Positions 28,233 through 37,800 are shown, numbered from the stretch's first letter. The stretch is DNA of 64,000 bases from an uncultured Chloroflexia bacterium (GCA_963827475.1 CAWHAZ010000005.1:768001-832000), one strand, 5' to 3'. Numbers and translations are program-made. Notes: a model not told the origin generated them from the letters alone.

Positions 28233-30881
28233 ATGCCCCTCGAGACCTACCGGTCCAAGCGCGACTTCGGCAAGACGCCTGAGCCTGCGGGCGCCGTTCC
28301 GGTCGAGACCAGCGGCCGCTTCGTCGTCCAGCGGCATCGGGCTACCCGGCTGCACTACGACCTCCGGCTGGAGATGGACGGCGTGCTCGCCAGCTGGGCC
28401 GTGCCGCGCGGTCCGACCCTGGACCCGGACGAGCGCCGCCTCGCGATGAAGACCGAGGACCACCCGATCGAGTACCTCGAGTTCGAGGCGGTGATCCCAA
28501 AGGGCCAGTACGGCGCGGGGGACATGATCGTCTGGGACTGGGGCACGTTCGAGCCGGAGGAGACCGATGACCCGGCGGCCGCGGTGGCCGCCGGCGAGCT
28601 GAAGTTCCGCCTCCACGGCGAGCGGCTGCGCGGCCGCTTCACCCTGGTGAAGACCCGGGGCCGGACCGATGAGCGGGGACGGACCGAAGGCGGCGACCCG
28701 TGGCTCCTCATCCACAAGCGCGACGAGTACGCGGAGGACGGCTTCGACGCCGAAACCCAGCCGCGGAGCGTCATGACCGGCCGGACCAACGACGAGCTGG
28801 CCGCGGGGCGTGAGCCGCGATTCGAGGCGTCGCCGCCGGCGCCGGAAGGGCCGCTCGACCTGTCGGCCGCCCGGGAGGCGCCATTCCCCGAGTTCATCCC
28901 GCCCATGCTCGCCACGGCGGGGGAGCATCCGTACGAGGACGCGAACTGGCTCCACGAGGTGAAGTGGGACGGCTACCGGGTCCAGGCCGTCGTCCGTGGC
29001 GGGAAGGCCAGGCTGTGGACCCGGAACCGGGCCGACGGGGCGATGTACTTCCCGGAGCTCGCCGGGCCGCCAACCTGGATCGACGCCGCGGAGGCGGTGG
29101 TGGATGGCGAAGTCGTCGCCTTCGGGACCGATGGCCAGCCGAGCTTCTCCGCCCTCCAGGAGCGGACCGGGCTGATGGGCCTCGAATCCCGGACCGGACG
29201 ACGGCGCCCACGCACCAAATCTGACGGTGCGACGCCACCTGAGCGGAGCGCGCCGGCACCGATCATCTACCAGGCCTTCGACCTGCTGTACCTCGATGGG
29301 CGGTCGCTCTTCGACGTCCCCCTCGAGTCCCGCAAGCGGCTGCTCCACCGCGTGCTGCGGCCGCACCCGCTGGTCCGGTTCGCCACCCACGTCGCCGGCG
29401 AGGGATCCGCGTTCCTCGACGCCGCCCTGGCCGGCGGCCTGGAGGGCGTCGTCGCCAAGAGGCGGACAAGCCGTTACCGCCCGGGCGAGCGCTCAGCGGA
29501 CTGGGTGAAGATCAAGATCAAGGCGGAACAGGACGTGGCGGTCATCGGCTGGCTGCCGCGACAGGGGAGCACCGACGACCTCGGTTCGCTGATCGTGGCG
29601 GTGATGAGCCCCGACGGACTGGTGCACGCCGGCCAGGTGGGCAGCGGGCTTGGCGGGAAGGTCCGTCGTGAGCTGTTGAACGCGTTCGCGGACAGCGCCC
29701 GTTCGGACCCGCCGGTCGCGACCGCGCCTGCGCTCCCTGAAGCCCGGTGGGTCGAGCCACGGATCGTGGCCCGCGTGGAGTTCGCCGAGTGGACGCACGA
29801 CGACCTGCTGCGGCAACCGACGTTCCTCGGCGTCCAGGTCGATCGCGACGTGGACTCGACAGTCCGTCAAGATCCCCCCGTGCGCGCCCGCCGCTCGACC
29901 CCGAAGGCACCGCCTGCGTCGCCGGGAGCGGCGCCGGGCGCGAGCGACGAGGAGCAGGCGGCCCTCGACGCGCTGGAGAAGGAGGGCAGCTGGGAGATCG
30001 GTGGGCAGGTCGTCCGCCTCACCAACCTGGACAAGATCCTGTTCCCGGCCCGCGACGATGATCCCGGCCCCCTCACGAAACGTGACCTCGTCCGCTACTA
30101 CACCTCCGTCGGCGAGTTCCTCATCCCGCACCTCCGCCACCACGGCCTGACCCTCCAGCGCTTCCCCGACGGGGTCGAGCGCAAGGGCTTCTGGCAGAAA
30201 GACCTCCCGTCCCACACACCGCCATGGATCAGCCGCCGGGAGCTGACCGACAGCGAGGGCACAAAGCAATACGTCGTCGTCGACCGGGTGGCGACCCTTG
30301 CCTGGCTGTCCCAGGAAGCGGCCATCGAGCTCCATCCATGGACGGCGACGGTCGAGGCCCCGGACCAGCCGCGGTTCGCGCTCATCGACATCGACCCCGG
30401 CGAAGCCACGACGTGGGAGGAGGTCCTCGTACTTGCTCGCCTGTTCCGCGCCGCGCTCGATCATCTCGGGGTCATCGGACTGCCCAAGACCACGGGGAAG
30501 CGCGGCATCCAGGTGTGGGTCCCGATCGCCGACCACTATTCATTCGACCAGACCCGCGACTGGGTCGAGGGGCTGTCCCGGGCGGTGGGCCAGACGGTCC
30601 CCGACCTGGTCAGCTGGGCGTGGACCAAGCGCGACCGGCGTGGTCGGGCCCGTCTCGACTACACCCAGAACGCGCCGATCCGGACCCTCGTGGCGCCCTA
30701 CAGCGTGCGGCCGTCGCCCGGTGCGCCGGTGTCGGCGCCGATCACCTGGGACGAGCTCGAGGACCCCGAGCTCGGGCCCGAGCGGTGGACGATTCGCACC
30801 CTCCCGGCCCGCCTGGCGGAGGTCGGCGACCTCTTCGCTCCCGCCACGACGCTGCGCCAGGAGCTGCCGCCGCTCGGTTGA
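28233..30881 (+). CDS. ligD: NHEJ DNA ligase D (phosphoesterase-ligase-polymerase)
   Basis: YRSKRDF.KTPEP, HYDLRLE (PE); EVKWDGYR, EGVVAK (LIG); TNLDK, RFPDG, DIDPG, KTTGKRG (POL). Confidence 0.96.
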   Translation: MPLETYRSKRDFGKTPEPAGAVPVETSGRFVVQRHRATRLHYDLRLEMDGVLASWAVPRGPTLDPDERRLAMKTEDHPIEYLEFEAVIPKGQYGAGDMIVWDWGTFEPEETDDPAAAVAAGELKFRLHGERLRGRFTLVKTRGRTDERGRTEGGDPWLLIHKRDEYAEDGFDAETQPRSVMTGRTNDELAAGREPRFEASPPAPEGPLDLSAAREAPFPEFIPPMLATAGEHPYEDANWLHEVKWDGYRVQAVVRGGKARLWTRNRADGAMYFPELAGPPTWIDAAEAVVDGEVVAFGTDGQPSFSALQERTGLMGLESRTGRRRPRTKSDGATPPERSAPAPIIYQAFDLLYLDGRSLFDVPLESRKRLLHRVLRPHPLVRFATHVAGEGSAFLDAALAGGLEGVVAKRRTSRYRPGERSADWVKIKIKAEQDVAVIGWLPRQGSTDDLGSLIVAVMSPDGLVHAGQVGSGLGGKVRRELLNAFADSARSDPPVATAPALPEARWVEPRIVARVEFAEWTHDDLLRQPTFLGVQVDRDVDSTVRQDPPVRARRSTPKAPPASPGAAPGASDEEQAALDALEKEGSWEIGGQVVRLTNLDKILFPARDDDPGPLTKRDLVRYYTSVGEFLIPHLRHHGLTLQRFPDGVERKGFWQKDLPSHTPPWISRRELTDSEGTKQYVVVDRVATLAWLSQEAAIELHPWTATVEAPDQPRFALIDIDPGEATTWEEVLVLARLFRAALDHLGVIGLPKTTGKRGIQVWVPIADHYSFDQTRDWVEGLSRAVGQTVPDLVSWAWTKRDRRGRARLDYTQNAPIRTLVAPYSVRPSPGAPVSAPITWDELEDPELGPERWTIRTLPARLAEVGDLFAPATTLRQELPPLG

Positions 30882-30883
30882 GC

Positions 30884-30925
30884 ACAAACGAAGGCGCCAC
30901 GGCCGATGTGATGACCGTGGCGCCT
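30884..30925 (-). terminator. Intrinsic terminator for the minus-strand peptide transcript (may also serve ligD)
   Basis: Perfect 11-bp stem AGGCGCCACGG/CCGTGGCGCCT, followed on the minus strand by TCGTTTGT. Confidence 0.75.
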
Positions 30926-30974
30926 CCCCCCCGGGTGGATTAGACCGTGCGTCCGATAATCGGACGCGGAACGG

Positions 30975-31013
30975 TTAACGGGGCCAACCACCCCCGGTAG
31001 TCGCGGAGCTCAT
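30975..31013 (-). CDS. Putative 12-aa peptide MSSATTGGGWPR (candidate signalling peptide)
   Basis: GGGAGA RBS 7 nt before ATG, TAA stop, then hairpin GCGTCCGA/TCGGACGC and a terminator; divergent from an XRE-TPR regulator. Confidence 0.55.
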   Translation of the reverse strand: MSSATTGGGWPR

Positions 31014-31140
31014 GTGGTCTTCTCCCGTCGGTTTGTGGCTCACCCAGACGAGTGAGTGCCACGCACCCAGACACTCGCAGGCAGAAGTCCGCCGCGACAA
31101 TGGCCCGGGGGTACCGTCCCGCTCCACTGGGGCCAGTACT

Positions 31141-31201
31141 TTCCTCCGCCGATTTCGGCGGTGGAACCGGTCAAGTAGGGCTTGCCCGACCGGTGTAGAC
31201 T
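31141..31201. promoter_or_regulatory. Divergent control region: two inverted repeats and the regulator -10 box
   Basis: TTCCTCCGCCGA-TT-TCGGCGGTGGAA (31141-31166); ACCGGTC-N15-GACCGGT (31166-31194); TAGACT at 31196-31201. Confidence 0.55.
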
Positions 31202-31209
31202 CACGGCCA

Positions 31210-32514
31210 ATGCCGCGGACCCGGACCCCGGTAGATTCGACCGAGCAGGACGCCGCGCTCGAACTGGCGCGGCGTGTTGGTGAGCGGATCCGGGTTGCCC
31301 GCCGCCGCGCCGGACTGACCCAGACCCAGCTGGCCGGCGATCGGTACACCAAGGCCTACATCAGCGCCCTCGAAACCGGGATCACCCGCCCGTCGATGGT
31401 CGCCCTCAACTACGTCTCGGAGCGGCTCGGCCTGCCGGCCAGCCACTTCCTCGGCGATACGAACCCGACATGGACCCGGCTGGAAGTCGACATGCGGCTC
31501 GCCGCCGGCGACTGGGCCCGGGCCGCCGATGGCTACCGCACGTTATTGGGCGAGGCGCTCGGCGACGTGGCGCGGGCCGAGGTCCTGCGAGGCCTGGCCG
31601 AGGCGGAATCCCGACAGGACCACGGACGCGAGGCGATCGCCGCCGCCGCGGAGTCGGCCCGGCTGTTCGGCGCCCTGGGCCGCGCCGCGGACGAGGCGCT
31701 GGCCCGCTACTGGCTGGCATACGGCACCTACCTGACGGACAACGAGGCGGATGCACGGACCCAGCTCCAGGCGCTGCTCGGCCAGACCCGCGAGGGGCTC
31801 CGAGTGGAGCCGGAGTTCGAAATGCGCGTCCTCACCGCCCTCGCCGCGGTCGAGTCACGAGTGGGGGAGCACGCGCGGTCGCTGGCGTATCTCGAGGAGG
31901 CGCGGGGACTGGCTGACGACCTCGACGACCGGCGGCGCGCGACATTCCTGTTCAACCTGGCCATCAGCTACCGCGAGACAGGGGACGTGGAGGCGGCCAT
32001 TCGCGTCGGCCAGCAGGGGCTCGCCCTGTACCGGGCCGCCGGGGCGCCGTTCGAGTCCGCAACCATCGAGAACGACCTCGCCCTCGCCTATCTGGCCATG
32101 GGCAACCTCGAGCGCGCGACGGAGATGGCGTCGGGCGCCCACGAGCAATTCGAAACGGCCGGGGACGATCGGTTCCTGGCTGCCGTCCTGGACACGGAAG
32201 CCCAGATCGCGCTTGCCGGGGGGAAGCACGATCGGGCATTGGCCCTGGCGGCCCGCTCGCACCAGCTGGCCCGGGACACCGGCAACCGGCTGGTGGAGAT
32301 GCTGGCCCTGGTCACCGCGGCGCGGATCTCGCGGGCTCGCGGCGACCGTGCCGGTGCCGAGGCGCGCTACGCCGCAGCCGCGGAGTTGGCGCGGGCCGGC
32401 TCGGGCCAGGGACGCCTGCGCGAGCTGCTGGGAGAGTGGGCCGAGCTGCGGGCCGAGGGCGGCGACTTCCAGGGAGCGTACGAGTTAACTTCAGAGGCCG
32501 TCGCGGTCAATTAG
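31210..32514 (+). CDS. XRE-family HTH + TPR transcriptional regulator (RRNPP-like architecture)
   Basis: RRRAGLTQTQLAGDRYTKAYISALETG..RPS HTH, followed by Ala-rich TPR-like helices (FNLAISY, ENDLALAY). Confidence 0.9.
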   Translation: MPRTRTPVDSTEQDAALELARRVGERIRVARRRAGLTQTQLAGDRYTKAYISALETGITRPSMVALNYVSERLGLPASHFLGDTNPTWTRLEVDMRLAAGDWARAADGYRTLLGEALGDVARAEVLRGLAEAESRQDHGREAIAAAAESARLFGALGRAADEALARYWLAYGTYLTDNEADARTQLQALLGQTREGLRVEPEFEMRVLTALAAVESRVGEHARSLAYLEEARGLADDLDDRRRATFLFNLAISYRETGDVEAAIRVGQQGLALYRAAGAPFESATIENDLALAYLAMGNLERATEMASGAHEQFETAGDDRFLAAVLDTEAQIALAGGKHDRALALAARSHQLARDTGNRLVEMLALVTAARISRARGDRAGAEARYAAAAELARAGSGQGRLRELLGEWAELRAEGGDFQGAYELTSEAVAVN

Positions 32515-32517
32515 GTA

Positions 32518-32547
32518 TTGACAGGGCCAGTCCGGTCGGGTTAGGTT
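32518..32547 (+). promoter_or_regulatory. sigma70-type promoter immediately after the regulator stop
   Basis: TTGACA-18 nt-TAGGTT. Confidence 0.6.
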
Positions 32548-32553
32548 TCGTCT

Positions 32554-32655
32554 CGGAACGAACCGGTGTGGGCACCCGCCACACGGCGGACCGGTTCGCA
32601 TACTCGGGGGACGAGGGATCGGGGAATGGGCACAGCTCCCCGGTCCCTTTGTTGT
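32554..32655 (+). ncRNA. Putative ~100-nt structured small RNA
   Basis: Own promoter; stem CGAACCGGT/ACCGGTTCG; terminator GGGATCGGGGA/TCCCCGGTCCC+TTTGTT; TGGGCAC unpaired in both hairpins. Confidence 0.5.
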
Positions 32656-32659
32656 GCGC

Positions 32660-33244
32660 CTACTGCGGCACCTGGGGAACGACCGGATCGACGAGCTCGA
32701 ACCCGCCCTGGGCGTACACCGCGCCCTCCGGCTGCAGGTAGATCTTCATCGTGAACCGCCCGTACCCGAAGCCGGCGATCATGTTCGCCGCGGTGGTCTC
32801 GTAGCCGAAGCTGACCGGCTCGGGCAGCAGCCGCTGGGGGCTCGGGGCCTGGAGGACGATCTCCTGGCCGGCCTCGAATCGCGTCACCGCGACGTAGACC
32901 TCCGGCACGCCCGGATGGACGGGCGGATTGACCGAGTAGGCGAACGGATCGTCGTGGGTGAAGGCCGTAGCAGCCTGGGTCACGAGGTACGTGTCGGGAT
33001 CGATCGCGAGCCCAAAGGTGATCGGCAGCGGCCCGGCGGCCGGAGTCGGGCTCGGCTGCGCCGGGAGATCCGAGACGACCGATGCCAGTCCGACCAGGAT
33101 GAGCACCAGGCCGACCCCCAGCACCAGCGTCGTGCCGCGGCCCGGTCGTCGGATGTCGGGCCGACCGATGGGAGCACGCGGCCGGGCCCGCGGACGGGAC
33201 CCGACCGTCTGCGGCACGGCCTGGGTGCGCCGTCGGCGGCTCAT
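32660..33244 (-). CDS. Hypothetical single-TM protein with extracytoplasmic beta domain
   Basis: Arg-rich N-terminus, TM, Pro linker; TAGAGT 8 nt upstream. Confidence 0.7.
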   Translation of the reverse strand: MSRRRRTQAVPQTVGSRPRARPRAPIGRPDIRRPGRGTTLVLGVGLVLILVGLASVVSDLPAQPSPTPAAGPLPITFGLAIDPDTYLVTQAATAFTHDDPFAYSVNPPVHPGVPEVYVAVTRFEAGQEIVLQAPSPQRLLPEPVSFGYETTAANMIAGFGYGRFTMKIYLQPEGAVYAQGGFELVDPVVPQVPQ

Positions 33245-33284
33245 CGGCCGACACTCTACGCGGACTCGCCGCTAGCATCGCGTC

Positions 33285-33891
33285 GTGGCCGATCCGCCCG
33301 CCGTCAACCCCGACGTCACGCCCGCTGAGCCCACCGGGGACCCGCCGATCCACGTCGACTGGGTCGACCCGTCGCTCCTGGGGGACGGTCGCCCCGGCCG
33401 ACTCGGGACTGACCATCCTGCCCGGCAAGCGGGGCAAATCGGTCAGGTATCCCGGCCTCGTGTATCGGCGCGATGCCCGGACCGATCTCGATCGGCTCCG
33501 GGGGCTGGGCGCCGGATTGCTGGTGCTCCTGGTCGAGGACGGTGAGCTCCGCCGCTGGGGGGACCCGGACCTGGTCGACCATGCCGCCGCCGCCGGCGTC
33601 CGCGTCCGTCGGATGCCGATCCGCGACGGCGCCGCCCCGCGATCGGCCGCGGCGGTCGATACCCTGCTCGCCGAGATCGACGAGGCGCGAGCCGAGACCG
33701 ACGTCGTCGTCGCCTGCATGGGCGGCATCGGTCGATCGGGAACGATCGTGGCCTGTGCCCTGGTGGCAGCGGGCCAGTCCCCCGATGGGGCTATTGCCCA
33801 CCTGCGGGCCGTTCGACACCCTACCGCGGTCGAAACGCAGCGACAGGTCGATTTCGTGGCGGCCTATGCTGCGCATCGGGAGGACACATGA
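33285..33891 (+). CDS. Cys-dependent protein phosphatase (CDKN3/DSP-like; frameshift near 33410)
   Basis: CMGGIGRSG (CX5R), PIRDG, AVET..Q. Confidence 0.85.
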
Positions 33892-34829
33892 GCGAGCGCT
33901 GGATCTGTTCACGGTGCTTCACCTCGGCGGAGGAGGACCTTCGCTCCTGCCCGAACTGCGGAACCCCGCGCGGCATGTCGAAGACGTTCACCGTCAACGA
34001 CGGCCCCCCGTCTGCCTCGCAGCGACCACCGGCGCCTCCGTCTGGCGCACCCGGCGCGGCACCGGCCGCGGAGACGCCCGCTGGTCCCACGCCCGCGGCC
34101 CCCACGCCCGCAGCTCCCACGCCTCCGGCGGCTCCAACCTTCGCTGCGACCTCTGCCGCCGCGACCGGACTGTCCGGCGACCAGCGGTGGGTCTGCACCC
34201 GGTGTTTCGCCTCCAACGACGGGGCGGCGCGCGCCTGCGCGACCTGCGGTCTGGAGCGCGGCGCCGACCCCCCGCCTGACGCACCGGGCCAGTTCGCGGC
34301 GGCAACCACGCCGGCCGCGGCGGGGAGCGGGGGCCGCCAGTTCCCGTGGCGGATGATTCTCTACGGCGTCATCGGGCTGGTGGTGGTCGGCAGCACCTTG
34401 TTCTTCGCGGCCCGACGGGGGGACACCGGTGAGATCACCGATGCCGGCAACCTGAGCGTTCAGGACCTTCAGGTCGGCGACTGCTTCGACCTCACCAGCG
34501 GCGACACGACCGACGGCGGCGAGGTGAGCGACGTCCGCGCCATCCCGTGCGCCGAGCCCCACGTGTACGAGATCTACGTCGTCGCGGAGTATCCATCCGG
34601 CGAGCTTCCGTCCGACATCGACGAGGACTACACCGCCTGGGAGCAGGACCAGTGCGTCGGGGGGTTCGACACGTACGTCGGGCTCAGCTACGAGGAGTCG
34701 ACCTGTTGGTTCAGCACCCTGACGCCGACCGACGAGTCGTGGGATCAGGGCGACCACGCCATCTCGTGCTTCCTGCACAACTCGTCCGAGACGCCGGTCA
34801 CCGGGTCCGCGGAGGGCACCGCCCAGTAG
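33888..34829 (+). CDS. Two RanBP2-type zinc fingers + TM + Septum_form-like extracellular domain
   Basis: WICSRC..CPNC, WVCTRC...N......CATC; LQVGDCFD, PCAEPH.YE, PT.ESW.QGD..C. Confidence 0.8.
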   Translation: MSERWICSRCFTSAEEDLRSCPNCGTPRGMSKTFTVNDGPPSASQRPPAPPSGAPGAAPAAETPAGPTPAAPTPAAPTPPAAPTFAATSAAATGLSGDQRWVCTRCFASNDGAARACATCGLERGADPPPDAPGQFAAATTPAAAGSGGRQFPWRMILYGVIGLVVVGSTLFFAARRGDTGEITDAGNLSVQDLQVGDCFDLTSGDTTDGGEVSDVRAIPCAEPHVYEIYVVAEYPSGELPSDIDEDYTAWEQDQCVGGFDTYVGLSYEESTCWFSTLTPTDESWDQGDHAISCFLHNSSETPVTGSAEGTAQ

Positions 34830-34830
34830 G

Positions 34831-37800
34831 TCAGTCCCGCGCCATCTCCGCGAAGCGGGCGAGGGCATTCGCCAGCCGCATCTCCTCCGGGGAGCGGACG
34901 CGGACGCGCAGGAGGTCCGGCGAGGCCACGACCACGGCAACGCATCGCGCCCGCGATGTGGCCACGTTCAGGCGGTGGCGGCTGTAGAGGAACGACATGC
35001 CTCGCGGAGCGTCCTCCGCCGAGGACGACGCCATGCTGTAGATCGAGATCGGCGCCTCCTGGCCCTGGAACTTGTCAACGGTGCCGACTCTCGCCTCGTC
35101 CGGCAGGAGCTTCTTGATCTCGCCGACCTGCGCGTTGTACGCCGCGACGATCACGATGTCGCTCCACCCAATCCGCTGTTCCACTCCCGCATCGTCGATC
35201 CAGGTCGCTCCGCCATCCACCAGGGAGCGCGTCAGGTCGGCGACGATGGCCGCCTCTTCCGGGGATTCGTTGTCGTTCCCGGCATGATCGACCGCCACCA
35301 TGCGTGGACCGGTCCCGGTGAGCGGGGCATGGCCGTGGAGTGTTTGGACCCGGAGTTTGGGCTCCGGTTCGAGCCGACTCTCGTAGAACACCTCGGAGGT
35401 GTAGTCGCACAGGTCGGGATGCAGACGCCAGGTCCGTTCGAGGAACAGGCCGCGGTCGTCGGCGATGGTCGCGGCCTCGCCGAGGAGATGGGCGAGCGCT
35501 GAGCGGTCCGCTCCCGGCGGGTGCGAGCCCTGGAGTGGCTGGTCGAGCTGCTGGGGATCCCCGAGCAGGACCAGTGACTCGGCCGATGGCGCCGCGGCCA
35601 GCACGTTGGCCAGTGACATCTGTCCCGCCTCGTCCACGAACAGGACGTCGATGGATCCGATCATGTCCTCGCGGGCCCAGAGCCACGTCGTCCCGGCCGC
35701 GATGTCCGCCGCCCCGGAGGCCAGCGCCTGCCGCACGTCCTCGTTCGTCTTCGCCGACTGCGCGGCTGGATGGACGAACCCGGGATCGTTCTTGCCCGGC
35801 TTCTGGATGATGCGGACGGGCATGTTCTCCTCGTCCGCGGCCTCCGCCAGCTTCTCCAGAAAGTTGCTGATGACCTTGTGGCTGTTGGCGGTCACGCCGA
35901 TCCGCTTCCGCGCACGGATGAGGTCCAGTGCCATCCGCGCGCCGCTGTAGGTCTTGCCCGAGCCCGGTGGGCCCTGCACGGCGAGGGTGGAGCGGTCGAG
36001 ACTCATCACCAGCCGCCTGGCGGCATCGAGGTCCACCTCGTCTGGCATCCGCAGCGGGGCGCCGGGCACCAGGTCGACGCGTGGCGGCCGTGCGAGGAGG
36101 AGATCGACCGCGGCCCGACGGGGGCTGTCCTCGGCGAGGCCGTGCTCCGCCACCGATTCGCCCAGTCGAAGCAGCGAGTCCTCCTGCGCATCGGTCCGGT
36201 AGTCCTCGTACGGGATGAGGGCGGTCGGGTGGGGAGCTGCGTTCCGCCTCGTCCGCCGCAGGTCAATGGTGTGCCCCACCTCGTCCAGGGCCACGATGTC
36301 GCCGGGATCCTTGAAGGCATCCTTGATGCCCCAGGTGTTGGGGTCGATGACGGTGGATCCGACTTTCAGGTCGTACTCCTGTGTCGGGAATCGGTAGCGG
36401 TGGACGAGCGCCTTGTCGGTCTCCTCGACAACGCCGACGTACTCGAGCCCGGACAGCGGCTCGCTGGCGTCGACGCGCTCTTCATCGGTCAGCTCGTCCT
36501 TCAGATGGAAGAAGAGCCACCACCAGCTCTTCTTCTCGCGACGGTGCCATGACAGGAGCTGAGCCAGCAGCCAACGGGCCTGCTGCTCTGCCGTGCGCCC
36601 TTCCTCCGGAACGTCAGTGGTGAGGCGATTGGCCACGGCGGCGACCACCATCTGTCGATCGTTCAGACCGGGGCTGGGCTCGGCATCGCGAGGTCCGGGG
36701 CGCGGTACGGTCTGGCCCGTCTCCTGGGCCAGCTGCTCGCGCCGTGCCTCGAGCCAATCGCGCAGCCGCTGGGTGCTGACCACGTCGTCGCGGTTGTAGC
36801 CCTCGATCCGTGCGAGGTGATCGGCGCCGGGCCGGTCACCTTCGCCGAGCTCGAGCCACTCCTCGAACGCAACGATGCTCGATCCAGCGTCGCGCAGGTC
36901 CACGGTGCGAGTGAAGTCGTACAGCGGCTCCAGCTTCTTGATGCCGTAGCCCTCGACGGACGCCCGGATGCCCTGTCGAACGACACGGTAGAGGTCGACC
37001 AGCGCGCCACCGCGCAGGAGGCGGTCGACTTCGTTCTCCTTGGTCGCGTGGCGACCCATGAGTCGTTTCAGGGCCGTCGGCTCGTACGGGGCGAAGTGAT
37101 AGATGTGGGCATCCGGATGGGTCCACAGCCGCGCCATGAACAGGTCGACCACTGCCTCGAAGGCGCGTTTCTCGCCATCGAGCGTGAACTCGCCGCCGGC
37201 ATCGCGCGACCAGATCGGATGCCACGCGCCATCTATGTCCATCACCCCGAACAGGTAGTCGAGGCCGTCGAGGTCGGCGTACGGGTCGCCCTCCATGTCG
37301 AAGAAGAGATCGCCTGATGACGGGGGCGGCAGGCCGGCCAGGCCGACACCCGGCTCGAGGGGTTGTGCGGGATCGGTCACGAGCTCGTAGATCATCTCCC
37401 CGCGTTGCCGCCCGTCGAACTGGACGCGCGCCTGATCACGGACTCGCTCGATGGCGCCGCGGCTGGGCCCGGTCAACGGGGGAGCCATCGGAAGTTCGAG
37501 CACCGCCAGCTCGGCCAGGGTCGTCACCGCGCGGCCTTCGAGCGCCTGACGCTGCCGTCGGCTGATGCCGGCAACCAGGCTGAGATGGTCGTCGTCTCGC
37601 CGCCGCCGGTTGCAAACCAGCCGCCAGCGGCAGACCTCGCAGTGGTCGACCGGCTCGGGGTAGGTTCCCGCCGGCGGGTACGTCGCCGCCTGGGCGGCCG
37701 GACCCACGGCGGCATCGAACCGCGACCGGGCGAGGCGGTAGTAGGCCATGTAATCCGCCACCCGCAGCGTGCGCAGCCCGCCTGCGGATCCGCCGAGGAC

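Noticed and set aside
30975-31352. 125-aa minus-strand ORF as the real gene
   Set aside because: It overlaps the regulator antisense and crosses its promoter; only the last ATG has an RBS.
32566-32754. ORF MWAPATRR.. / MGTAPRSLCC.. as a second peptide
   Set aside because: It runs through the terminator stem and into the convergent gene; its ATG lies in the hairpin loop with the SD-like sequence sequestered.
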